Shown here: piece by piece, positions 52,311 to 62,303 of the stretch
Layout of the letters: the number at the start of each line of letters is the position of its first letter
How positions within the stretch are numbered: position 1 is the first letter of the stretch
Assembly (NCBI GenBank): GCA_023953775.1
Contig: JAMLJD010000002.1
Coordinates: 39,245 to 103,244, forward strand
Reading direction: 5' to 3'
DNA: 64,000 nt
DNA from: Rhizobiaceae bacterium
Lineage (GTDB): Bacteria > Pseudomonadota > Alphaproteobacteria > Rhizobiales > Rhizobiaceae
Position numbers and translations under genes: made by a program
The notes under the pieces: model-generated
What the model saw: the letters and a program-made list of their open reading frames with translations, nothing else
The model's database searches: none
What the model was told of the DNA's origin: nothing

Positions 52311-53111
52311 CTAGAACAGCGAAGCGACGCGCCCGCCATCCACGGGGATTGTCTGGCCGTTGATGAAGCCCGCGCGGTTCGAACAGAGGAACGCGCACAT
52401 GGCCCCGATATCCTCGCGCGTTCCCATGCGGCCGACCGGAATGTCCTTTGTCCGGTACTTCTGGATGTCCTCTCTCGACATTCCCATGTCGAAGGAATGA
52501 GCCTCGTAGGCTCGCGCAATCGAACCGCCGTCATGATCGATCATGCCGGTGCCGATGATGTTCATCGTCATCCCGTTGTCGCCAACCATGTTGGAAAGCG
52601 TCTTGTTCATGCCAACCTGTGCGGCGCGACCAATGTTGTGCATGATCATGGGATAGCCCTTGTGTGGCTCTTTCGCGCAAAGCGAGCCCAGCGTGACGAT
52701 GCGACTCCAGCCCTTCGCCTTCATCGGCTCCAGCAGCTCGCGCATGCACCAGGCGAATCCCATCACATAGACACGGTAGGCTTCCTCGAAATCCTCGTCG
52801 CTCGCCTGGTCGAAATACATGTCGCCGGCGCCGCCATTGTTGTAGACGAAGATGTCTGGAGTGCCGAACTCCTCGTTGATCGCGCGTAGAGCCGAAGTCA
52901 GCCTTCCCTTGTCCCTGAGATCCGAAACGACCCCGTGAGCGTCAGCGCCCTTGTCGATGAGATCATCGACCGCTCCATCAACGCCTGCCTCGTCGCGCGC
53001 GAGCACGATGACGCGGCATCCTTCCTCGCCGAGCGCGACTGCGCATGCATTGCCGAGACCGCGGCTTCCACCCGTCACCAGTGCCGTCTTGCCCGCTATC
53101 CCGAGGTTCAT
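52311..53111 (-). CDS. SDR-family oxidoreductase
   Basis: The ORF contains KTALVTGGSRGLGNACA and the NNGG variant. It is an intact 266 aa. Confidence 0.9.
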   Translation of the reverse strand: MNLGIAGKTALVTGGSRGLGNACAVALGEEGCRVIVLARDEAGVDGAVDDLIDKGADAHGVVSDLRDKGRLTSALRAINEEFGTPDIFVYNNGGAGDMYFDQASDEDFEEAYRVYVMGFAWCMRELLEPMKAKGWSRIVTLGSLCAKEPHKGYPMIMHNIGRAAQVGMNKTLSNMVGDNGMTMNIIGTGMIDHDGGSIARAYEAHSFDMGMSREDIQKYRTKDIPVGRMGTREDIGAMCAFLCSNRAGFINGQTIPVDGGRVASLF

Positions 53112-53153
53112 GATCGGGTTTCCTTCTGTTCCGGTTATTCTGGATGAGCTTGG

Positions 53154-54457
53154 TCAACCCGCCATGCGCGGCAGGAAGAGTATGATGTCGGGAAACGCCA
53201 TCAGCAGCACCACCACCAGAAGATCGGCGAGGATGAAAACTGTCACACCCTTGAAGATGGTCGACAATTCAACCGAGTCGCCAAGAACCGACTTGATGAC
53301 AAACACGTTGAGGCCGACAGGTGGGGTGATCATGCCGATCTCGAGCAGCTTCGCCAGGATGACGCCGAACCAGATCATGTCGAAGCCCGCCTCGTCTGCG
53401 ATCGGCAGCAGGATCGGAAGCGTAAGCAGCACATCGCCCCCATCGGGTCGAGGAACATTCCGAGGACGAAATAGATCAGAGTAATACCCGCGAGCAGCAG
53501 CGCCGGATGACCGCTCACCTGGATGATAAGCTCCGCAAGCGCGTCGCCCGCGCCACTCAACGCAACGAAGCGTGTCAACAGGTTCGCGCCAATCGCAATG
53601 ATGAAAAGTGCCGCTGAGGTCGCGAACGACTCGATCACCGAATTCTTGAAGCACTCGGTTGGCGTTCGCATTCCGGCGGTGACCGGTACCCGATACCGGA
53701 TCCGACCGCTCCCTGCTTCAGTAGGCGTGAAGATGCCGCTGAACAGACCGCCGAACACTGCTGCGGCGAGCACGAGGGCCGGCAGGATCAGCATCAGTGT
53801 CCTGAACCGCTCGTTCCAGCCGAAGGTCTCCGTAACGCGCGGGGCCGCTGACGGGCGCAAGGTGCACCAGACGAAAACGACCGCGACATAGGAGGCAGCC
53901 GTCAGGATGCCGGCCGCCGCACCGCCGAGAAAGAGCTTTGAGATCGGCTGCTGCGCCAGGATGCCGAAGATGATGAACAGTATGCTGGGCGGGATTAGCG
54001 CGCCGATCGTGCCCGCGGCCGCCACCGTACCGGTCGCCAGGGCCGGATTGTACCTTGATCGCATCATCTCCGGGACCGCGATCCGGCCCATCGCCGCCGC
54101 ACATGCCACAGAGGATCCGGTCAGCGCGGCGAAGCCGGCCGCGCCGAAGATGCTGGCGATGGCGAGCCCTCCGGGCAATCGCGAGAGCCAGACCCGCGCC
54201 GCCTCGAAGAGGCCGCGGGTAATGCCGGCGTGATAACAGAGAAACCCCATGAACAGGAACATGGGCACTGAACTGAGCTGCCAGTTGGCAGCGAAATTGT
54301 ACGGAGCAATCCTGAGGATGCCGACAGCCGAAGGCAGGCCGATCAGTGCCCAGATCCCGCCGAAGGAGACTCCGATCAGCGCGACCCCGATGGGCACGCG
54401 CAGGCCGATTAGGAGGACCAGTATACCCAGGCCGACGAAACCGACTGTCTCATTCAT
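53154..54457 (-). pseudogene. dctM: TRAP transporter large permease (DctM family) with one frameshift near its 3' end
   Basis: The ORF runs MNETVGFVGLGILVLLIGLRVPIGVALI... through ...LIYFVLGMFLDPMGAM, then becomes nonsense. The expected tail LLTLPILLPIADEAGFDMIWFGVILAKLLEIGMITPPVGLNVFV...* lies in the adjacent frame and ends at 53154. The shift is near 53430. Confidence 0.75.
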
Positions 54458-54954
54458 GCGCGTTCCGCCGGAAGAACACCCGAAAGCGATCGGAAAAATT
54501 GCAGACAAAGCAGGATGGTCATCATGCCGTAGCCGATCGGCGGGCACAGAAATCCCGGCCAAGTGGCGATGCGGGTCTCGTTCTCGATCAGGAACGTTCC
54601 GGTGGTGAACTTGATGAAGGCTTCCTGACCCGTGAACACGGTAAGAATCGCGAACACGACCGCCGATAGAAGAAAGGTCCACCCGACAAGATGCCGGCGC
54701 ACACTCTCGGGAAGCAAGTTCGTGATCACTTCGACCGAGATGTGCCCGTCGGCTCGCTGGACGAATGCCAGCGGCAGAAAGGTAATGATCGGCATGTAGT
54801 AGTTCGTGACGACCGCGATTGTTCCGGGGATCGGCTGGTTGATCAGGTACTTGCCGGCAACGTCTGCACAGACATGCACAATCATTACCGAGACCGCGAG
54901 ACCGGTGAACATCGCAATCAGGTTATCGAGCCGGCGAAACATCCCGTACCTCAT
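54454..54954 (-). CDS. dctQ: TRAP transporter small permease (DctQ family)
   Basis: The 166-aa ORF has four TM spans. Its ATGA overlaps dctM. Confidence 0.85.
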   Translation of the reverse strand: MRYGMFRRLDNLIAMFTGLAVSVMIVHVCADVAGKYLINQPIPGTIAVVTNYYMPIITFLPLAFVQRADGHISVEVITNLLPESVRRHLVGWTFLLSAVVFAILTVFTGQEAFIKFTTGTFLIENETRIATWPGFLCPPIGYGMMTILLCLQFFRSLSGVLPAERA

Positions 54955-55033
54955 GCGCGACCCGGAGTCGCCCGCCCCTTCCGACTTGCGTCGAACAGGG
55001 GCTTGGCGACCGCGAGCGTCCTTCAGGGAAGCG

Positions 55034-56224
55034 TCAGTTCATGCCGTAGGTGGCGGGATCGAGCTTGTCGAAGATCTCCTTCTGGTAGATCGCCCTCAGC
55101 GCTTCGTAGTCGCTTCCATGGCCATCGGTAAGCTTCTTCCATTTCGAGATCAGCTCTTTGACCTTGGCCACTTTCTCATCGGTGTTCTCGACGCCATATT
55201 GCTTGGCGAACTGCTCAGAGATGACGTTCAGGTCACCCTCGACGAACGCATTGGTGGCATCGACGAGTTCCTGGATCGGTTCGTTGATCGTCACGCCGGC
55301 CTTGACTGCCGCTTCTTCCGATTCCTTAACGCCTGTGTCCTGAAACATCGCCACATCGGCCACCAATCCCGCCGAACCGTTGATCAAGGTGGCTCGCTGC
55401 TCGTTGCTGAGCTGGCGCCAATAGTCCTGATTGACATTGTTCGTGGCGATGCCGGCAAAGACGCCGCCGGGGATGTTGCGGATCACCGTTTTCGTTACGT
55501 CCATCATGCGCTGTCCGAGAAGACCGCCGGTGTCGAGCATGACGCAGTCCACCACCCCTTGCGAAAGGGCGTCGTACATTTCCGAGCTGGGCATGGACAC
55601 CGCCACGCCGCCAACGCTCTCGGCCCAGCGACCGAAATTCGCCGCACCAGAGCGGAAGCGCTTGCCCTTCATGTCCTCGAGCGTGGACAGGGGGTCGCGG
55701 CACAGGAGCGAATATGTCGGAGTCGAGGCCGAAGACAGGAATATCTGGTTCTGGGCCTTGAACTGGTCGAGGCATTCCGGACAGTTGAAGAGCACATACT
55801 CCATCATTGCACCGGACATGGCAGCGAGCGGCGATTCCGTCGGCTCGCCGCTCGTCGCCAGCATCGACAGATTGGCCGCGAGATTCATCTCGGAAAACTC
55901 GGCGGGCACGTAGGCCGGGACAACGAAGCCCAGATTGGCGATGCCGTCGCGAACGCCGGCCGGCACGTCTGGCGCCAGCATCAGCGCCTTGCCGAAGAGC
56001 TTCGGTTCGAGGTCCGAATTCTCCTCAATATAGGAGACGTAGTTCTTCATCGCCTTCACGTAGGCGTTGGTATCCGGCTCCGGTATGATGATCCGGAGTT
56101 CCTCGCCAGCCGCCGTACCCAGCATCGTGCACAGCGACATCGCCGTATATACAGCGATGTTCTTGAGCCTCGCGGCCCGACGGATCTGCGAACCGTCTGT
56201 AGCGCCGTCAATTTTCGCAACCAT
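55034..56224 (-). CDS. dctP: TRAP-type (DctP-like) periplasmic substrate-binding protein
   Basis: The 396-aa ORF has an N-terminal RR-containing leader (SQIRRAARLKNIAVYTAMSLCTMLGTAAG). The operon order is P-Q-M. A GGAGG ribosome-binding site lies 7 nt upstream of ATG 56224. The family assignment relies largely on context. Confidence 0.7.
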   Translation of the reverse strand: MVAKIDGATDGSQIRRAARLKNIAVYTAMSLCTMLGTAAGEELRIIIPEPDTNAYVKAMKNYVSYIEENSDLEPKLFGKALMLAPDVPAGVRDGIANLGFVVPAYVPAEFSEMNLAANLSMLATSGEPTESPLAAMSGAMMEYVLFNCPECLDQFKAQNQIFLSSASTPTYSLLCRDPLSTLEDMKGKRFRSGAANFGRWAESVGGVAVSMPSSEMYDALSQGVVDCVMLDTGGLLGQRMMDVTKTVIRNIPGGVFAGIATNNVNQDYWRQLSNEQRATLINGSAGLVADVAMFQDTGVKESEEAAVKAGVTINEPIQELVDATNAFVEGDLNVISEQFAKQYGVENTDEKVAKVKELISKWKKLTDGHGSDYEALRAIYQKEIFDKLDPATYGMN

Positions 56225-56577
56225 TTCGGGTTCCTCCCCATGAAAAAACAACTGCGCGCTCCAGATGCCCGAACGCGGATGTCAGGAAACGCTACCATCG
56301 GCCCCGAAGGCGGCGAAGCACGCTCCACGTAACGGTCCTTTGCGATTGACGCTTCTCACTGCATCCGCGCGGTCGTACCTGCCTCTCACCTTGCCGGCGA
56401 AACACGTCACCCGCTGCAACTGACACGCGCAAGCACTTGTTAGAAAACGATAATCTCGTCCATGGCAAAGCCAGAACGCGGCTATGAATGCGCCTGTTCA
56501 GGTGTCGTGAGATTGTCGTGAGCGGCGATGGCCTTGTCTCGGGCTTCTCTCGCAATGAAACGAAGTTCGGATTTTTG

Positions 56578-56592
56578 TTGCAGGTTGTGCAA
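56578..56592. promoter_or_regulatory. LysR-type T-N11-A palindrome
   Basis: TTGCA-GGTTG-TGCAA lies about 90 nt upstream of the LysR start, in the 455-bp divergent region shared with the TRAP operon. Confidence 0.3.
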
Positions 56593-56678
56593 CGATCTGA
56601 CTAGATTTTGCGCGTCATCCTCGTTCCGCCGATGCCTCGAATACCCGTCGCCGAACGAGTGTGCATGGGAGGAAAACA

Positions 56679-57647
56679 ATGGACACGCTCTATAGTCTTC
56701 GACTCTTCGTCGGAGCTGCCGAGGAAGGCAGCTTCTCCGCCACGGCGCGGAAGTTCGGCATCTCCACTGCCACCGTGTCGCGCAGCATAGATAGCCTCGA
56801 AAAGCAGCTCGGCTTCCAGCTCTTTCTGAAGACCAGCCGCCAGATCGGCCTCACCGAAGCTGGCCAGTGCTATCTCGGGAATGTACAGCGTCTGCTTCCC
56901 GAACTCGACAATGCGACAGAGTTCGCCAGGGGCTTTCACTCGGAAGCGAAGGGTCACCTTAACGTACGTGCGCGCATGGCGGTCGGAAGCATTTGCATTG
57001 CGCCTCTGATCCCCAAATTCCTCGGCAAGTATCCCGATATCGAGCTGAATTTCTGGCTCACCAACGATCTCGATACGGACCTCGTCTCCAAGAATATCGA
57101 CATCGATATCCGCACCGGCGTGCTGCAGGATTCGTCACTCATCGCGCGCAAGCTCGCCGACTCCAAACGCCTGATCGTGGCCAGTCCGGCATATCTGGAA
57201 GAACACGGCACACCCCAGACGCCCTATGATCTCGAGGATCACAATTGCATCCGGTTCACGACCGGTCCGAGTCCCGTCCACTGGCGCTTCAAGGACAAGG
57301 CGGGCCACGAGATCGGCGTTGTTCCGAAGGGCAATCTCGTCACCAACAACGGGTCGATCATCCGCCGCGCGGTACGGTCCGGAAACGGCATCGCGCATCT
57401 TACCGACTGGTCGGTCGCCAAGGACCTCGAGGCGGGTTCGCTGGTGCAGATCCTCGCCGATTACGATGTGACCGTCGACAAATTCAATCACGGTATCTAC
57501 GCCGTGTTCCTTCCCAACCGGACCCAGTCGCACAAGGTCCGCTGCTTCGTCGACTTCCTTGTCGAGGAACTGCGCCAGCAAGCCAGCGCCTGGCCAAGCC
57601 TGGAGAACGAGGACGAGCTTGACGAATATGTGGAGGCGGCGGAGTAG
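56679..57647 (+). CDS. LysR-family transcriptional regulator
   Basis: The HTH is LRLFVGAAEEGSFSATARKFGISTATVSRSIDSLEKQLGFQLFLKTSRQIGLTEAG. A GGGAGG ribosome-binding site precedes the start. Confidence 0.9.
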   Translation: MDTLYSLRLFVGAAEEGSFSATARKFGISTATVSRSIDSLEKQLGFQLFLKTSRQIGLTEAGQCYLGNVQRLLPELDNATEFARGFHSEAKGHLNVRARMAVGSICIAPLIPKFLGKYPDIELNFWLTNDLDTDLVSKNIDIDIRTGVLQDSSLIARKLADSKRLIVASPAYLEEHGTPQTPYDLEDHNCIRFTTGPSPVHWRFKDKAGHEIGVVPKGNLVTNNGSIIRRAVRSGNGIAHLTDWSVAKDLEAGSLVQILADYDVTVDKFNHGIYAVFLPNRTQSHKVRCFVDFLVEELRQQASAWPSLENEDELDEYVEAAE

Positions 57648-57750
57648 CCAACACACCTTCGGTCGTCACGCCGTCGCGCCTGGCCGGTAATCGATCCCGG
57701 GTAGGCGCGGCCTTCTGTTCCACACGACCTGCCTTCGCCGGCCCTGCCCT

Positions 57751-58102
57751 TAGACCCTTTCAGGATGAGATGGAAACGGTTCTGTTTTCCGATGGTGCGG
57801 CGATCCGCCAGAAGGGCGGCGACGGGCGATGTTGTTCATCGGCCAAGCCGGCCGACGCCGCGGGCGCCCGCCAGCGGAAAACCCAGTTGGTTTGCCTTCG
57901 GCAAAACCAACAGGCAGAGAGCGCCGGTCGTCCCGAGCCACTTCGCAGAAGCGGCGGCGACCGGTGGTGGGCCGGGCGCTTTCGGGCCGCTTCCATCGGG
58001 TTCCGGCTTGACCGTAGCACCGCTACGGCCTTTGTCGGCCCCCTCGATGCCGATCCGAAATCGCTCCGGCAGAACGATTCCATCTCACCCTGAAAGGGTC
58101 TA
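57751..58102. repeat. MITE/RIME-like non-autonomous element bounded by ~31-nt imperfect terminal inverted repeats
   Basis: The left arm is TAGACCCTTTCAGGATGAGATGGAAACGGTTC (57751-57782). The reverse complement of the right arm (58072-58102) is TAGACCCTTTCAGGGTGAGATGGAATCGTTC. Two mismatches and one indel separate them. Internal hairpins occur at about 57886-57911 and in the right half of the element (CCGTAGC-ACC-GCTACGG). No credible ORF lies inside. Confidence 0.5.
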
Positions 58103-59824
58103 GAAGCGCTTCCGGGTCAACCACATCGAGATCACCACCACGGTACTCATCATCGCCGTGATGATGAGCGCGAAACCGGCGAGCGGAGGAAACGAGCCGT
58201 TCGTCCACAACTCCAGGATTACGAAACCGGAAACCGGATTGCGGTTTCCGGCCAGCATCGCCGACGCGGTGATATCGCCTGCGGTAAGCACGAACAACAT
58301 CGTCCATCCGGCCGCCAGACCCGGGATGATAAGCGGCAGGGTCACCCGAAAGAATGTCGCTCCGGTCGACGCGCCCGAGACGAGCGACGCCTCGACCAGC
58401 TGGCGGCTCACCTGCGCAAGCGCCGAACCCGCGGTAAGCGACGCCTGCGGCATGTACAGCACGATATAGGCCAGGAACAGGATCAGCATCGTGCCATGCA
58501 TGAAGAACGGCGCTCCAGCGAAGGCCGAGATGAATGCGATGCCGATCACGAGATGCGAGACGACAGCGGGAAGCTTGGTTGCTCCGTCGACGAAGGCGGC
58601 AAAGCCGGAACTCCGGTGGCGGTCGATGTAGAACGTCACGATCGCCGCGATCAGCATTCCCACAGTCGCCCCCGCAATGCCGAGGAGGATGCTGTTACGC
58701 AGCCCTTCCCACGCCATCGAGTTGGCGGAAAACATGCGGACATAGTGTTTTAGTCCGAGATTGGCGATGTTCAGATTCGAACTCCAGAACGGCTGGACGC
58801 TTACGATCGCCAGCGCGACCAAGGGCAACACGGAGGTGACGATGAGGTACAGGATCATCAAGCCCCTGATAGGCCAGCGGAACATGCCGAACCGCACCAA
58901 CGCGACACGCATTCCCCGCCCGCCAATGGTCGCGAACTTGCCGGAGCGGATAACCGAGCGCTGGATAAGCCAGGACAGCCCGATGAGACCGACGATCATC
59001 AACCCGAGTAGCATCGCCACACCCGGCTTGGGCGGATAGCTTGCAATCATCGAATGAACGATCCTCACGGACAGTATCTCGATCCCTGACTGCCCCCCGA
59101 TGATCAGCGGGATCGAAAACAGCGCGAAACCGGTTATCAACGCCAGGATTCCGCCCGACAGCATCGCCGGCATCACCGCTGGCAGGGTGACCATCCGCAA
59201 CGTTGCCCACGGACCCGCGCCGCTCATACGCGAGGCCTCCTCGAGCGATGGATCGAGATTGCGCAGCGCCGCGGAGACCGTCAGATAGACGTGGGGGACC
59301 AGGTAAATGACATAGACACCCATGAGTCCCGGCCAACTGAAGATGTTGAACACCGGACCGACGTCGTCGAAGCCGAACCATGCGGCGGCATTCGCTACCC
59401 AGGCATTGAGAAAGCCGGCACGCGGGGCCGCCAGGAGCACCCAGCCGATCGCGCCGGCTATCGGCGGCACAAGGAGGGGAATGATCGGCAGTGTCTTGCC
59501 CAGGAACGGCATGCCGATATCTGTACGCTCCGTGAGCCAGGCGAATACGCCGCCGACAATCATTGCCATGATCGCAGCACCGCCGACGACGACCAGCGTG
59601 TCGAGGAACAGCGCGCCAAGATTGGGCTCACGCATGAACTGTTCGAAGGGTGCCGGATCGAGCGTCCAGCCGTCAAAGAAGACGTCGATGGCAACCCAAC
59701 CGAGCGGATAGATGATCACCGCCGCCACGAAAATTGAGACAGCAGCGGCGAGCCACGAGAACCAGTCGAAGAAGAAGCTGCTCCGACCGACCGGGCGGAT
59801 GCTTGCACGAGCGACGTCGCTCAT
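58100..59824 (-). CDS. Two-domain ABC transporter permease (FbpB / iron(III)- or thiamine-type)
   Basis: The ~574-aa ORF is polytopic, with two BPD_transp_1-like halves (EEASRMSGAGPWATLRMVTLP and LVEASLVSGASTGATFFRVTLP). Its start ATGA overlaps the ATPase stop. Confidence 0.85.
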   Translation of the reverse strand: MSDVARASIRPVGRSSFFFDWFSWLAAAVSIFVAAVIIYPLGWVAIDVFFDGWTLDPAPFEQFMREPNLGALFLDTLVVVGGAAIMAMIVGGVFAWLTERTDIGMPFLGKTLPIIPLLVPPIAGAIGWVLLAAPRAGFLNAWVANAAAWFGFDDVGPVFNIFSWPGLMGVYVIYLVPHVYLTVSAALRNLDPSLEEASRMSGAGPWATLRMVTLPAVMPAMLSGGILALITGFALFSIPLIIGGQSGIEILSVRIVHSMIASYPPKPGVAMLLGLMIVGLIGLSWLIQRSVIRSGKFATIGGRGMRVALVRFGMFRWPIRGLMILYLIVTSVLPLVALAIVSVQPFWSSNLNIANLGLKHYVRMFSANSMAWEGLRNSILLGIAGATVGMLIAAIVTFYIDRHRSSGFAAFVDGATKLPAVVSHLVIGIAFISAFAGAPFFMHGTMLILFLAYIVLYMPQASLTAGSALAQVSRQLVEASLVSGASTGATFFRVTLPLIIPGLAAGWTMLFVLTAGDITASAMLAGNRNPVSGFVILELWTNGSFPPLAGFALIITAMMSTVVVISMWLTRKRF

Positions 59825-60939
59825 GGATGCTCTGCATCGATGTCGAAGACGCAAAACGCGTCGGCCTTGACGCGACACCAGACCTGAGTCCCGATCGGGA
59901 GAAGCTCCGAACCCTGTTGCCAGATCTGGATGTCGTGCTTGTCGTTCAGGTCGACCAAATACTCGTTGTGCGAACCGAGAAACGCCGAGGCCCTGATCCT
60001 GCCTTTCCAGGAAAGTCCTCCTTCAAGGGGAGCGGTCGCTATCTCCCAGCGCTCTGGCCGCGAGACGAGGGCGATCCGCTCGGCGGCCGGAACGGCTCCA
60101 GCCGGAAGCTCGATTGTTCCCAGTGATGTCTCAACGGCTGGCGTCGTTCCTGCAGCGAGTACCCGTCCGTCGATCTGGTTGGCGGAACCGATAAAGCGCG
60201 CGACTTTTAGACTGTTCGGCGAAAAATAGACCTCCTGGGGCGTGCCAAGCTGGCTTATCCGACCGTCCGCGACCACCGCGATACGCGTCGCCAGGCTCAT
60301 TGCCTCCTCCTGGTCGTGCGTCACGTAAAGCGCAGTGAAGCCAAGTTCGCGCTGCATGGACAGCAGTTCGAGCCGGAGATGCTCCCGCACTTTGGCATCC
60401 ACGTTGGACAGCGGCTCGTCGAACAGGATCAGATTGTCGCCGCGAACCAGCGCCCGGGCCAGGGCAACCCTCTGCTGCTGGCCACCGCTGATCTGTCCGG
60501 GATACTGCCCCCCAAGTTCGGGAATCCGCATCAACTCGAGTATGCGAGCTACCTTGTCGTCGATGTCGCCGCGTCCAAGTCCGCTCATCTTGAGCGGATA
60601 GCCGACATTCTGCCCGACCGTCATATGCGGCCACAGCGCATAGGACTGGAACACCATGCCGATGTGCCTGCGTTCCGGCGGCACCTCAATCTTGCGGGCG
60701 GCGTCGAAAACGTCGTCCCCATCCAGGCTGATCGCACCGGAATCGGGCTGTTCGAGGCCCGCAACGCAACGCAAAAGCGTGGTCTTGCCGCAACCGCTTG
60801 GGCCGAGCAGGACAACGAGCTCGCCGCTTCTTACGTCGAGTGAGACGTTATCGATCGCGTGCACCAGCTGACCGCTGGCGCGGCGATAGGTCTTGCTGAG
60901 GTTCGTAAGCTTGAGCTGGAGATCGCCTTTGGCAGGCAT
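59821..60939 (-). CDS. ABC transporter ATP-binding protein (FbpC/PotA-like with a C-terminal TOBE-type domain)
   Basis: Walker A is GPSGCGKTT, the signature is LSGGQQQRVALARAL and Walker B is LILFDEPLS. The start was chosen at ATG 60939 (AGGAG upstream). The ORF stays open to 60972. Confidence 0.9.
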   Translation of the reverse strand: MPAKGDLQLKLTNLSKTYRRASGQLVHAIDNVSLDVRSGELVVLLGPSGCGKTTLLRCVAGLEQPDSGAISLDGDDVFDAARKIEVPPERRHIGMVFQSYALWPHMTVGQNVGYPLKMSGLGRGDIDDKVARILELMRIPELGGQYPGQISGGQQQRVALARALVRGDNLILFDEPLSNVDAKVREHLRLELLSMQRELGFTALYVTHDQEEAMSLATRIAVVADGRISQLGTPQEVYFSPNSLKVARFIGSANQIDGRVLAAGTTPAVETSLGTIELPAGAVPAAERIALVSRPERWEIATAPLEGGLSWKGRIRASAFLGSHNEYLVDLNDKHDIQIWQQGSELLPIGTQVWCRVKADAFCVFDIDAEHP

Positions 60940-61047
60940 TGAAAGCGCGCTCCTGTCATCGTTCAGGTACATAAGGGCAAAGCGTGCTCACAATGTCATC
61001 ACGGCCGCCAAGACGAAAGCCGCCGCCTCAGGCGGCGGCATCGTCGG

Positions 61048-62043
61048 CTATTGCAAGCCGAGCAGCTTGACGATTTCGGCACTGTGCTCCGAAAGCTCCG
61101 GGATGCGCGGATCGATGTAGTCAGACGGCATCGGCGCCGTATCGGGGATGTTCGCCAGCGGCGAAACGCTGGTCGGCCCGTTATAGGCTTGCTGTCCAGC
61201 CTCGGTGAACAGGAAGTTCATGAAGCACCGCGCCGCGTTCGGGCTGTCTGCACCTTGCGAGAGGATCGTCTCGAACTCGTTTCCGGTCGTCAATTCCGGA
61301 GCGACGAAGTCGATCGGTGCGCCATCGATTATCAACACCCGAAGCGTCGTCATCACGCTCGGAATGACGACGGTCACCTCGCCTGCCGCGAGTTGCTGCG
61401 TCGCCGGCACGACGCTCGGCACGACGACAGGTTCCTGGGAGGCCACACCCTCCAGGAAATCGTCCCCGTACTTTTCTCGCAGGATCCGGAACAACGCCAT
61501 GTAGGACGGAACGTTTCTTGGGTCACCGAGAATGATCTTGCCCTTGAAATCTGGGCGCATCAGGTCTTCCCAGCTCTTCGGCGGGTTGTCGCCCACCAGG
61601 TCCGTGTTGTAGCCAAAGCCCAGCATGCTGATGCTGGTGGTAGCAGATCCGCCGTCGAACCATTTGTCGTCGAGCTCAGCCAGCGCCGGAAGCTCCGACT
61701 TCTCGATCTTCACGAACCAGTCCTTGGCGAATCCGTCCGCGATGAAATTGGGATCGGCCAGCGAAATCAGGTCGGCGTTGACAACGCCTGCGTCGCGCTC
61801 GGATGCATAGCGTATGGCCAGCTTGCCGGTGGAAAGGCGGAACCCTTCTATCTCGATATCCGGATACGCACTCTTGAACGCCGCGATTGCCGCTTCGTTG
61901 CGCGACGGATCCTGGGACGAATACCAGATCAGCGACGGCTCCGCCGCGCCGGCCTCGCAGACCTCGTCGATCGTTGCAGCAGCGGCCACACCCGCGCCAA
62001 GCCCCAGCGCGGTTGCAAGAGACAGTGTTATGATTGGCTTCAC
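61048..62043 (-). CDS. Extracellular solute-binding protein (iron(III)/polyamine-type, SBP family 1)
   Basis: GTG 62043 follows a GGGAGG ribosome-binding site. The signal peptide is VKPIITLSLATALGLGAGVAAA. SLIWYSS......AAIAAFK.AYPDI follows. Confidence 0.8.
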   Translation of the reverse strand: MKPIITLSLATALGLGAGVAAAATIDEVCEAGAAEPSLIWYSSQDPSRNEAAIAAFKSAYPDIEIEGFRLSTGKLAIRYASERDAGVVNADLISLADPNFIADGFAKDWFVKIEKSELPALAELDDKWFDGGSATTSISMLGFGYNTDLVGDNPPKSWEDLMRPDFKGKIILGDPRNVPSYMALFRILREKYGDDFLEGVASQEPVVVPSVVPATQQLAAGEVTVVIPSVMTTLRVLIIDGAPIDFVAPELTTGNEFETILSQGADSPNAARCFMNFLFTEAGQQAYNGPTSVSPLANIPDTAPMPSDYIDPRIPELSEHSAEIVKLLGLQ

Positions 62044-62303
62044 GGTATCCTCCCTGGATCGAAGCGTGTGGTGACACAGCGCGCCGCCGCCGTGAACCGG
62101 ATGCATTCCGTCTCTCCAGCTTTGATCGACGGCTGCCGACGTACGGCCACGCAACTGGCCTCGACAAACGACAATAAGGTTCGACACCCGCTGATACGAC
62201 AGCCGATTCAGCAACGCACCCTTGCAAATTCCGCGCCTGCAAGCCGCCGCCGATGATGTGAGATTCCTTGGGAAACCAGGGCGGGACAGCAAAGGTACGA
62301 CGA

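Noticed and set aside
57765-58103. 107-112-aa ORFs on both strands inside the 57.75-58.1 kb element, several ending in ...HPERV
   Set aside because: They are overlapping, mutually antisense and low-complexity. Their shared ending is simply the translated terminal inverted repeat. They are treated as non-coding parts of the MITE-like element.
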